Shown here in pieces: positions 1 to 10,945 of a DNA stretch of 64,000 bases (its first letter is position 1; each line of letters starts with the position of its first letter). The position numbers and the translations under genes are program-made. The stretch is from Bugula neritina (Eukaryota > Animalia > Bryozoa), in NCBI GenBank assembly GCA_964035545.1, contig OZ037767.1:1065680-1129679 (forward strand), written 5' to 3'. The notes under the pieces were generated by a model that did no database searches, was not told the DNA's origin, and was given only the letters and a program-made list of their open reading frames with translations.

Positions 1-165
1 ATTTAGTTTTTTTTTAGAAAATCCAGGATTGTCATGTGTTATTGGTATTTTAAAATAACAATAATTAGAGTATAGAGTTTATGAGTTGATTAGAGTGTTT
101 GTATTTCACAGGACAATTTTGTGCTCAACTTTTGAACTGTAAAGATAGATAGTTATTATTTTCAG

Positions 166-357
166 GAAAGAGAAAAGCAGTTGGAAACATACGAGAAGAC
201 AACTACCAGTAGACCAAAATCTGCAAGAGTAGCTCGCTCAGCCCTTAGTCGGGCTCCAGAGTCAATGCCCGCTGAGTCTGACGAAAAGAAAAAAGAGCTA
301 GACATGCGAAAGGCAATTGCAAACCGTCTGAAAGCAGAAGTTCTCGGTAAATTTTAG
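166..357 (+). CDS. CFAP36: Final coding exon of cilia- and flagella-associated protein 36 (CCDC104); gene starts before the window
   Basis: Acceptor ttttcag at 165, then EREKQLETYEKTTTSRPKSARVARSALSRAPESMPAESDEKKKELDMRKAIANRLKAEVLGKF* (TAG 355-357). The ending resembles the CFAP36 C-terminus (R..LA.KLKEEV..K). Only one exon is visible. Confidence 0.7.
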   Translation, partial: EREKQLETYEKTTTSRPKSARVARSALSRAPESMPAESDEKKKELDMRKAIANRLKAEVLGKF

Positions 358-2000
358 CCCGGCTTTGCCTGTATATAGTATAGGAGCTTTGTTGAAGGAG
401 TTAGTCTGTGATATAAATACACCTGATGCTTTAAAAGCTGATGTTTGATTTAGAGTATTGAAACTGATTTAGCTTTAGTTCTAATGCTTTGCGATGTGAT
501 TAGTCAAATATTCTTGTCTAAAAGTCTCCAGAGAGACAATTTCCAACTTGTGTTGATATCTTCAACTAAGTCACTTACTGATGTAAAAAACTCTCAAATG
601 TAAATTCCTAATCGTCTTTCACAACAATGCAGCAAGCTGCATTGTATACATAAGAAATAGAATAGGAAGTTAAATTATAATAATTTTGGTTTTATCTTTA
701 TTTTCAGAAACTCGCCGATTTTAAATAGAAACTTTTGATTTTCATTGTAAGTTCGATCTAGGCTATTTTTCTATTTATTTCTTGTGCCCCATACTTTCTA
801 TTAGTTATTTATTTATTGTTTTACACACACAGTATTTAGTTGGCATTGATTATGTACACTCTGTATGACTAGTGTTTACTCGTCATCTGTATTGTCATTT
901 CGCTAATCATTATATGTGTATAATGTCTCATCCATGTTGCAATATGGCTGTCCAATATATACTTGTAATGAACCAGCCATGTTCCAATATGGCAATTCTA
1001 TTTTCTAGCATTTCATTGTGCTTCTCTTTTCTTTGCTGATCTCTGTTTATTGTGTTGTCACCATTCTGTCCATCTTAACTTACAACTTGTCTGTCTGGCA
1101 ATGCTGGACCAAGAAATTTTATCTTATGTTCACAAAATATTATAGTTTATATTTTTATTTGAGTAATGTATTGTAATTAATTTATAATTTCCTCTCAAAA
1201 GATTTTTTTTACTACTGCTTCTCACTTTAAAATAAAATCAACAATATTTTGACACTTGAATAACATGACTAGTTTTAATTATATGGTTTCATTTATAATA
1301 AAGCTATAATTTCTCGTGAGCAGAAATCATTTTGACATGCAAATTGATATCATCAGCAGACTTTCATAAGTGACATGCTTTTATTGCCATGTCCATTTCC
1401 ACAAATCAATAATTAGCATTTTAAACATAACACTAGTAAGTTTATTTTATAAAGCTGACTGAGTCATTATTATGCAACATTATCAAAGGCTTCACGACTG
1501 TGCACTGGACAGATGTTGTCCCCTTCCATGATACACTAGAGCTGAGTTGATTGTGAAATGATTGAAATAAGCGGTAGTGAACATTTCAGTATAGCATTCC
1601 AGCAGCTATACTAGTATTATAGGGCAGAGGGATTGGAAGACGAAGTCTATGTTATGCATGACTTGAATAGTGAAAATAGATTGATGTTCCATTATTAAAT
1701 AGCTCCTTGAAATTGGCTCCTTGAAGCTTATGGTTTCAATAATATAAACATTTTCCACATCAAATGGGAACTTATCTCATTACAGGCTAATCATTTTGAA
1801 CTTAAACTGGTTTTAAAAAATGCTATACACAACTAGAATCTGATGTTAGCACAGTGTTTAACGTCCCTCCTATGGGACTCAATTCACTAACATCTATTCA
1901 CAATTTCCTGTCAATCAGAAAAGTTATATTGATTTTAATTCTCTTTTATGGAGCACTGATTACCCTTCATCAGCATAGAGTTTTGGAGTTGAAGAACACA

Positions 2001-2126
2001 ATCACGTGACACACATCTATCACGTGACACACATCTATCACGTGACACACATCTATCACGTGACACACATCTATCACGTGACACACATCTATCACGTGAC
2101 ACACATCTATCACGTGACACACATCT
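2001..2126. repeat. 18-bp tandem repeat x7 (ATCACGTGACACACATCT), each unit containing TCACGTGA
   Basis: Seven perfect copies starting at 2001, 2019 ... 2109. Explains the ORFs at 1935..2213 and 1970..2155. Confidence 0.97.
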
Positions 2127-2783
2127 ACTCCAAATAATCCTAATAATGTTATCAACAGGTTTGTCTGTCATTTGTTGTACAAGTGTATGCGGCTTCAACT
2201 GATTTATAAACATATTATTTGAGCTAAATAGTTATATGCAAATCCACCTGTCTTGTTGAACATCGTCTCAAAAATATATGCATGCAATAAAGAATTGCAG
2301 CAATGAAATTGACTTTCAGAAGAGAATTTACAACAAATGATGACACAAGCTGCATCTAAAACTCTTGAACCACATAACATGAAAGTTGTCTAACCAAAAA
2401 AATTTTCCATATTCCTCTTAGATTTAAGATCAATAAATCAATATTTTATTTAAAGTTTTGTTTGCGTATTGTCTTTAAGAACTCTGAAGGACTGAGATTA
2501 GAGGAAGAGTTGGAATATACTACATAATTTTAACAATTAGCTGTAGCTACAGCTCATTGATGTTTGAGGCAATCGACAACCACAAACATCGATTTCTCGT
2601 GTCATAAAAGTCTAGAAGAATTAAAGAATACATGTTGAAATCATATTTCCTGTGTGCACAGCAAAGGCCTAATGTATAAAATTATTTTCATTACTTTCGA
2701 AAGCTGTGTATATATGAAAGCTATTAGTTATAGTGCTGCCGCCGTGCTAACAGTATAACTGCTGCTGCTTACTTAAAGTTAAA

Positions 2784-3590
2784 ATGAGAACTGAAGAGCC
2801 GTGGTTAAACACCATCCCCCCAGTATATGGAGTGGCAATAGGTAAGTGGAACTTAGTCTATCATAAAGTCTGTAGGTTGCATGTGTTGCTCTGGGAGGGT
2901 ATAATTTCTTGAGTTTCTAAAATTTATTATTTTATTGTAAATGTTGATGGAAAATATGGGATAATTGCTTGTAAGTTGTCACATGTAAAGTTGCTAGAGT
3001 TGTTTATGTGGGAGTTATCTCCCTTGATTTGAAATTATGACTGAACATGCACATTTTGGAAACTACAAGAGAGTGAGGTTTTAGGTACTTAGAGTGTCAA
3101 GTTTGTAATACCTCAAAAATTGTGGGACAGAAAAACAAACTTCTGGTTTTACATGACTAAAAATTAGAGCTCGATGAATGCTAGTGATGGTTAGAACCCA
3201 TTGCGCTCAGCTCAAACGGTCAAACTGTCACAAGAAAGTACTTGAGTTAGGATACTATTCAAACCAAAATAACTTTGACCTTATTAAATTATTTTAGGTG
3301 CGGGATCTTTCACAGTAGCAGTGGTGCTGATTTGCATCGTCTATCACTGCTGCTGTAGACCTGGCAAGCGGAAAGTTGAACAAGCAAAAGAGGACAACTC
3401 TATGGACAGCAAGACTTCACAAACATTGAGCTCTTCGGCTGTTAGTGTTATCTCAGATGATGCAACACAAACCCTTCAAAAGTTTAGATATGTTAGTGAT
3501 GATAAACAGCTAGCGACCAATCAAGTGCGCCGACAGAACTTCTCAACCAATCAGCTACGTCGACAGAACTCTATCACTTCTAATGAATAA
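2784..3590 (+). CDS. Small single-pass membrane protein A (116 aa, 2 coding exons), family unknown
   Basis: Exons 2784-2841 (ATG...G|gtaagt) and 3298-3590 (ttttag|GT), phase 1. MRTEEPWLNTIPPVYGVAIGAGSFTVAVVLICIVYHCCCRPGKRK...RRQNSITSNE*. One TM helix followed by CCC and basic residues. Supported by the adjacent paralog. Confidence 0.8.
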
Positions 3591-3884
3591 GAAACAGTTG
3601 TTAGCAATAAAATTCTTTATTTATATTGGAAAGAACTGAAATAAACTCGTATAGCTAAGTAAATTATACTTTTGATTTGAAATTATTTCCAAAGTCTTTG
3701 GATTAGCTGAGCTAGAACCATAATTACGAAAGTCATTCGAATATTATATAAAAAACTACAAAACTAACCCTGTTGGTGATTTGTGCAAACTTAAGTGCTG
3801 TTTGCTGTTGAATTAAAGTGTGTTTTAAGTTATTGTATGTTTAAATATTTCCAAAGTTTATATGAAATGAATTATAATAAAACA

Positions 3885-3965
3885 TACACGCACACACACT
3901 TACACACTTACACACTTACACACGCACACACGCACACTTACACACTTACACACGCACACACATAC
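3885..3965. repeat. Compound (CA)n / CACACTTA microsatellite
   Basis: Visible directly. Confidence 0.9.
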
Positions 3966-4379
3966 GTGTTGTAATAATCAATAGCAATAAACACTTGAAG
4001 CACTTCAAAAACTATATTTGCTATAAAATAAAGGCAGCCATTTTGTATCCACACATATTTGTGTCGGGTACGGCACATAGTACGGCTATAGCTGCATGAT
4101 CATTTATTTCAGCTCAAGAAATACTCAACTCAGATCTGGTGAGTTATACTTGAATCAACTGACATCTACAAATTAGGAACTAAAATAGATATGTAGTAAA
4201 ATTGTGAAAGTTTTCTCTTTTTGAAGAGCATAAAAAGTTATAGAGATTATAGGTGGAAATCTATCTAGAACTTGTTACATTACTAAACTGTATGATTCTA
4301 GAACACAGTGTAAGTGTTTTTGTAGTTTTTGATGGTCAATAATATAGTATGTAGTTTATGATAGATTCTACAGATTTTA

Positions 4380-4885
4380 CCATGGTACAGTAGCTATTGC
4401 CATGGTACAGTAGTTATTGCCATGGTACAGAAGCTATTGCCATGGTACAGTAGCTATTGCCATGGTACAGTAGCTATTACCATGGTACAGAAGCTATTGC
4501 CATGGTACAGTAGCTATTGCCATGGTACAGAAGCTATTGCCATAGTACAGTAGCTATTGCCATGGCACAGTAGCTATTACCATGGCACAGCAGCTATTGC
4601 CATGGTACAGAAGCTATTGCCATAGTACAGTAGCTATTGCCATGGTACAGAAGCTATTGCCATAGTACAGTAGCTATTACCATGGTACAGTAGCTATTAC
4701 CATGGCACAGTAGCTATTGCCATGGTACAGTAGCTATTACCATGGCACAGTAGCTATTACCATGGCACAGTAGCTATTACCAAGGTACAGTAGCTATTAC
4801 CATGGCACAGTAGCTATTTCCATGGCACAGTAGCTATTACCATAGTACAGTAGCTATTACCATGGCACAGTAGCTATTGCCATGG
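4380..4885. repeat. 20-bp minisatellite (CCATGGTACAGTAGCTATTG), about 25 copies
   Basis: Period 20 with a few recurring variants. Confidence 0.97.
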
Positions 4886-5845
4886 TTGTTGTTACCACAC
4901 AGTCTCATTCTATTCAGGCACATTGGGTAAATTATAGCCACAGAATTATTTCACAGTTTTAACAAAAGAAGCATATTTTCTTTAGCATTGTAAAGGTTAT
5001 TGCTATCACAACATATAAAGTATCAATATTGATTGAAAGTGGAGAGATTTACACTGATGAGATTTGCAAACGATGATTAATTCATTATTGATTGATTGTC
5101 ACCATAATAATGTATTATATTTGTTTATTGACTGAGAATAATGAAGCCTGAGATATCGATAACACGATTTATTATGTAGAGGGGGGGGGGGGGTTGTGTT
5201 TTCCCTTTAATAAGCAAGAAAGTTAGCATGATACTGCTAGACTTTGCTTGGTAATTTGGTAGTTCTATTTTGCTAGGTAAGCCAATTAAGAACAGCACTG
5301 TTTCATCTAGTCTCTTTCACTGCGGAAAAGTATTCTCTTTTGCTTCTTTCTAATTTTAAATCACGTGTTAAGAAGACATATTGCCTTCCTATTGTGAGGT
5401 GAGTAATTCTTGAATTAGCTTACAGTTATATAATCTAAAATACTTATTTATAGAACAATAGAAAGCTTCAAAATGGAAGAGAGTAAAGATCTTTGCATTT
5501 CCTTAACCTGCACAATTCTGCAGTTGAGAACATTTGACTGGTTGAGTTATATAGAGAGAGTTATGTAAATAGAAAACAAACAAAATATATTTTAACCCTT
5601 TTTTGAAATATACATTTTTTTATATACATTATGTGTTTTAAACTATAATAATAAATTATTATAGATTTAGGTTTCACTGCAAAAACTACTGTATTGATAT
5701 TATTTTATTGTTTTATTGTTATATTAGTTTTAATTTGAATCATATCATAGTACTATATTAATTAGTAAGACATGGCAAAATTGAGTTTATTAAGCTAGGT
5801 TATAGCTTTTAGCAAATAGCATCATCAATATGAAAAGTTTACTTT

Positions 5846-6000
5846 GTGGAGGGGTGTATAAAGGTGAGGTGAAGGGGTGTATAAAGGTGAGGGGTGGAGG
5901 GGTGTATAAAGGTGAGGGGTGAAGGGGTGTATAAAGGTGAGGGGTGGAGGGGTGTATAAAGGTGAGGGGTGAAGGGGTGTATAAAGATGAGGGGTAGAAT
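5846..6000. repeat. G-rich minisatellite (GGGGTGTATAAAGGTGAGGGGTGRA-like units)
   Basis: Visible directly; explains the ORF at 5825..6070. Confidence 0.9.
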
Positions 6001-6168
6001 GGTGGAAGGGTGGATAAAGGTGAAGGGTCAAGAGAGATGCAGGAACAAGAGAGCTTTTACAAAAAACCAACTATGAATGTTTTAGATTACCTGCTAGATA
6101 CATCGGCAGCAGATTTCATTGTTGGGACAGCGTCTAGACATTTACTATGAAGTAATCTGTTGTCAGTC

Positions 6169-8987
6169 ATGGCTCCTACAGAGGTATGCATGGTCATTAA
6201 CCAATGAACATTCACTGATATTACTCATTTCATTGTTATATGATAATAATTTTATTAAGTTTTGAATTTATTACAAGTAAACATGAATGCATGATCAATG
6301 CAATACACTAGAGTATGAGTATAGTGAAAGCATTCTTAGGAAAGCTCTGAAACTTTGTAGTAACAGTAACCATGCAGGAAACTAAAAATTACGTAGAATG
6401 CTAATATAAACAAAATATTACTACGGAGAAAACATGCTTTTTATATAGTTCTGACGATTCAGAGTTGTTTATTTATAACGCTATGCAGATGGAATTTATA
6501 CAGTCAGTTTATATAGCATATATCACATGAATATAATATAATATATTATAACATGATATGATAGAATACAGTATAACACATTGTACTGTAATATAAGGCA
6601 ATTTATTATATAATATAATATGATCATAAAATTGATTATTTGAAAAAGTTAAAAATGTGATTTATAAAGCTCTTCTGTAGAAATTATGAGATCATATTAT
6701 TTGTGTTAGTAAGTAAAATAGTGGCTAAATCAAAGAAAGCTTTTTCAAAATAATATTTATAACATATTATAATGTTTTGTATGTATACATCTATTGAAAT
6801 TTATTGTATGGATAATTCAAACACATATTTGTATGTATGATTATGATACATAAAATATAACATATCTTATGACTAATATAAGATATATGTCTGCTATACA
6901 TCATACATATAATATATAATAATACAATATGTATAAGCACCATGCATATATACAGCATATAAACATATAATAATGACAAGGAGAAATGTGTGCAAGTAAA
7001 CTAGCTCTAAAAAATTATTAGATCTTAGTATTCGCCACTAAAATTCTGCCTAATTAGCATAAAACATGTGTTATGTGATTACATCTAGAACATTCTATAA
7101 CATCCTGGCGCCAGCTATTGACTGTATCAAACACTCTAGCATAGAAATTACTTATTCGCTTTGGGCACACAGACAAAGCTTTCCCATTGCGGTATTTGTT
7201 GCTAGTTGTATCAATACTGATCAATTAAACACACTTCTTTGGAATTCTTGCCTGTGAATTGTGAATGTCAATATTTATAATAACAATGTTCAAATCAAAT
7301 AAATTGTCACCCAAAGCGCTTTAATACATTTTCTTCAAATTTGATATTATGGATTAGCAAAACTTCTCAAAACATAGTAATAAAACTACCCATCTTAATT
7401 ATTGGGGGCGTCTGTAATACCATCCATATCTTTTCTTCATTGCATTAATGCAATTTTACAATATATAAAGTTTTACAAAAATATTACTAATTACGTCTAA
7501 GTAGTTCTAAACAGCTACAAGTTTTAAGAATGAGGTACCTACTTCAAAAACACAAGACCTAAAAACTTGGAATTTCCAAATCTCTCAGTCTATGGCATAT
7601 TACATTTGAATAATAAAATAATTAGTGTTAGATCACAGTTAATTGGAAACCTTGAATTATAGATATTTTTCCAGATTTATATGAATTTATGACTTTAAGG
7701 AAGACGCAACCAAATAAGTGCCAATGGGTCAACGTTTTACTTGGTTACCATGACTAGTACTTTCTTGAGTCGCAATACAAATTTGCTATTACATGCAGCT
7801 GTAAAGGCTATTGGTTATTAGGACTATACAAGCCAAATAAAGCACACAGCATAGCACGTGCTGGAAGCTACAAGCTTGTGTTGCCACGTGACCTATGTTA
7901 TTGTTAGTTGTATCACAGCTTTTTACTGTTGTGTAGTCTAATAGAATGGGATGAATAGGAATATTCTCAAGATATGAACTGATCCAAATAAGGCTTTCTG
8001 TTGAGTCAGTGTGCATTTGTTCTCAGCCACTCCAAACAGTGCTATCCAGTCTACAGTTTTGTATGTAGCCCCACGAGCTTCAATTATCATTATGTTTTGC
8101 AGACTACCACAGAAGTTAACAGGTTTGGCAGTGACTTCCCTCCAATATACGGGCTATTTATAGGTATGACAAACAGTGCGGAAGCCAAATATTCTTCAGT
8201 TTATTGATGTGAAAAATCTGATAACTTTAAATGACAGGCAATTTAAAATATCACATTAAATCTTTCAGCTATTGCAATCAATGTTGACTCAGTCGGAAAT
8301 AATTGTAACGTAAAAACACCAGTAACTTTTCATATTCACATTATATTATTAAATTAGACTATAATTATAGCAATGTAATAAAGGTAGTGATCACCTGCAT
8401 TGCTTAAACTAGTATAAGATTGTTCTAGATTAATACTTCAATTATCGTTTCAAGCTAGCTTATATATATATATATATATAATCCAATACCAAATATCCAA
8501 ATACCTATAAAGTATAATCACCCAACAACAACTTCATGCATCTGCTACAAATTGTGTTTTTGCATTATGTGTTTATTTTTATATATTTAATTACACTTAC
8601 AAACCTATATAACAACGAAGCCACTACTATGTTTGAGTTACGTTCTACGTTATGTTTAGCATGTTGATTTTCTTGATGTAAAAATTCAAATCCACCAATA
8701 TTGTGCCTGAGGAGTGCTGAAGAGGCATGAAACTATTAGTAGCGCAATAAAACATCTATATAATTAAATTGCTCTTTTCTTCAATATATATATATATATA
8801 TATAAATTATTTCTTATACATCTTTGCAGGTCTTGGGATTCTCGTGTCCACACTGGTACTAATTTTAGTTCTATGGAGATGTTGCTGCAACCACAAGACA
8901 ACTCCAGACAAAAAGACGACAACTATGGAGGGCATCAAGGCTTTCGATGAAAAGTCAACAGATGGGCTAACTGCAGTAGGCAGCTGA
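6169..8987 (+). CDS. Small single-pass membrane protein B (77 aa, 3 coding exons), paralog of A
   Basis: Exons 6169-6183 (MAPTE|gtatgc), 8103-8163 (TTTEVNRFGSDFPPIYGLFI G|gtatga) and 8830-8987 (LGILVSTLVLILVLWRCCCNHK...AVGS*). Same phase-1 intron inside the same Gly codon as A. The first micro-exon is the least certain part. Confidence 0.8.
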
Positions 8988-9131
8988 TTTTATCCTACAG
9001 TTAACATTCGAATTGACTTTATTCTACAGTTAACACTCGAATTGACTTTATCCTACAGTTAACACTTGAATTGAGTTTATTCTACAGTTAACACTTGAAT
9101 TGAGTTTATTCTACAGTTAACACTTGAATTG
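8985..9131. repeat. ~29-bp tandem repeat x5 starting at the stop codon of protein B (3' UTR)
   Basis: TTTATTCTACAGTTAACACTTGAATTGA-like units. Confidence 0.92.
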
Positions 9132-10224
9132 CACAACTTGTATATATTAATTATATAACTGGCATAGGGTAATAGTGTGGCAACCATATATATATATCAA
9201 TAAATAAGTAAATAAGCAAATAAACTTATTTCTGATAACTCAAAGTTAACAAATCACAGCACTATTTGGTAAAAGCAATGTTTATTTTCTAGTTATATTA
9301 TTTCATATAGAAATGTAATTTATGCTGTTGTATACAGCCACAACATCATATCAGTTATAGTTATTATATTTCACAATCATGGACTAAAGTTAATACCATT
9401 AATTTTACTTTGGTAAATCGAATAAAACCATAAATTGTACAAAACAGCAACTAATCATAAAATTAGTATCAAAATATCATAAATTTATTACCACGATTAC
9501 TATACAAGTGATAGGCACCAGAATCAAATATGAAATAGAACAATGAATAAAGAAAGATAACAAACTAGCCATTATAATTATATTACTCTATGTAAGCAAA
9601 AATAAAATACATGTAAAATGATTGAATGGTACAAGCCACATTGTATGAATCAGCTGGGAAAAATGAAAAATAATGCATAGATTGAATTGAGTTTGTCTAG
9701 ACAGACAGACAGGCACAAAGTGATATGGGGTGGGGGAGAGGGACAAAATTTCAACATGGATTGTCATGTGTGGGGGGGGGGGGGTGCATCAAGGAGCGTA
9801 TATATAGGGGTGATCAAGGGGAGTATATGAGAGGAGGGGAGATATTAATGAATTAATAAGCCTGTAAATATAACCTCCACAACAAAATTATTGATGAGAA
9901 ATCACAGTGAAATGATAACGTTTTTTCACAGAGCACCAGTTATGTACTATGCCCTACTAACATGTGTTACTATAATAATAACTATCAATATAACCATAAC
10001 TGTCACTATATGTTACTTTAACTGGCTTGAAAGCTACAACTTGAAGTTATAAAATATCTGGTAGTAGTGCCCCAGTTTGAATGTTTGGCATGAATCTAAA
10101 CCTGTTAGGCTGAGGTTGGCATGGCTGAGTCAAGGTTCAAAATATATGGGCACAGATTAGCTGTGACAAAGTGGCTATGATAAAATTCTAATGACTAGAC
10201 CAACGGACAACTATATAGTATGAT

Positions 10225-10426
10225 AACTATGTACTATATACTATGTACTAGATACTATGTACTAGACACTATGTACTAGACACTATGTACTAGACACTAT
10301 GTACTAGACACTATGTACTAGACATTATGTACTAGATACTATGTACTAGACACTATGTACTAGACACTATGTACTAGACACTATGTACTAGACACTATGT
10401 ACTAGATACTATGTACTAGATACTAT
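10225..10426. repeat. 14-bp minisatellite (ACTATGTACTAGAC)
   Basis: About 14 copies visible. Confidence 0.95.
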
Positions 10427-10551
10427 TCACTAATTAGATTAGAGTTTTCCAACCCTGTGTTCTGACTAAGACCAAGAAAGTTAAGACAGTAATACATAAT
10501 GACCAATCAGCTGACGCTGCGCTGACGCGGCAGCACAAGAGGTCATGGCTA

Positions 10552-10912
10552 CTAAGTCTGTTGGAGTTCTCTAATCATTCTGTCCAATTCATCAAACTCT
10601 AAGGCAGTAGAGTTGCGGGCGGGGGCTGGGACGCCCCCGTCCGGCATGTCTACATTATGGAACCTCAGGACTGGGTATTTGTCGAGCAGAGGGTTGCTGT
10701 CGGATCTGTCTTTAGTCGTAATATCTACATCCTCGGTAGGAAATGGTAAGGGGGCGGGTCGGGCTGCCCCCAGACTCTCATCTGGAGAACTCGGGGTAGA
10801 AACCTGGTCAGCTATAATATCTGGTCGGATCGGGAGAGTAGATCTGTCATCTCCATTATCATACTAACAAATAGAGTAGTACTAGTAGTAGTAGTACTAG
10901 TAGTAGTAGTAC

Positions 10913-10945
<33 letters not shown>

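Noticed and set aside
2817-2828. PPVY/PPIY of the microproteins as NEDD4 WW-binding PY motifs
   Set aside because: They abut the TM on the side predicted to be luminal or extracellular, so cytosolic WW domains are unlikely to reach them.
4380-4885. Regular arrays (also 29762-30030 and 31693-31866) as CRISPR-like loci
   Set aside because: Head-to-tail units with no unique spacers, no cas genes, and eukaryotic context.
10613-10867. Plus-strand 84-aa ORF
   Set aside because: Antisense shadow of the last exon of the CTR-like long form.
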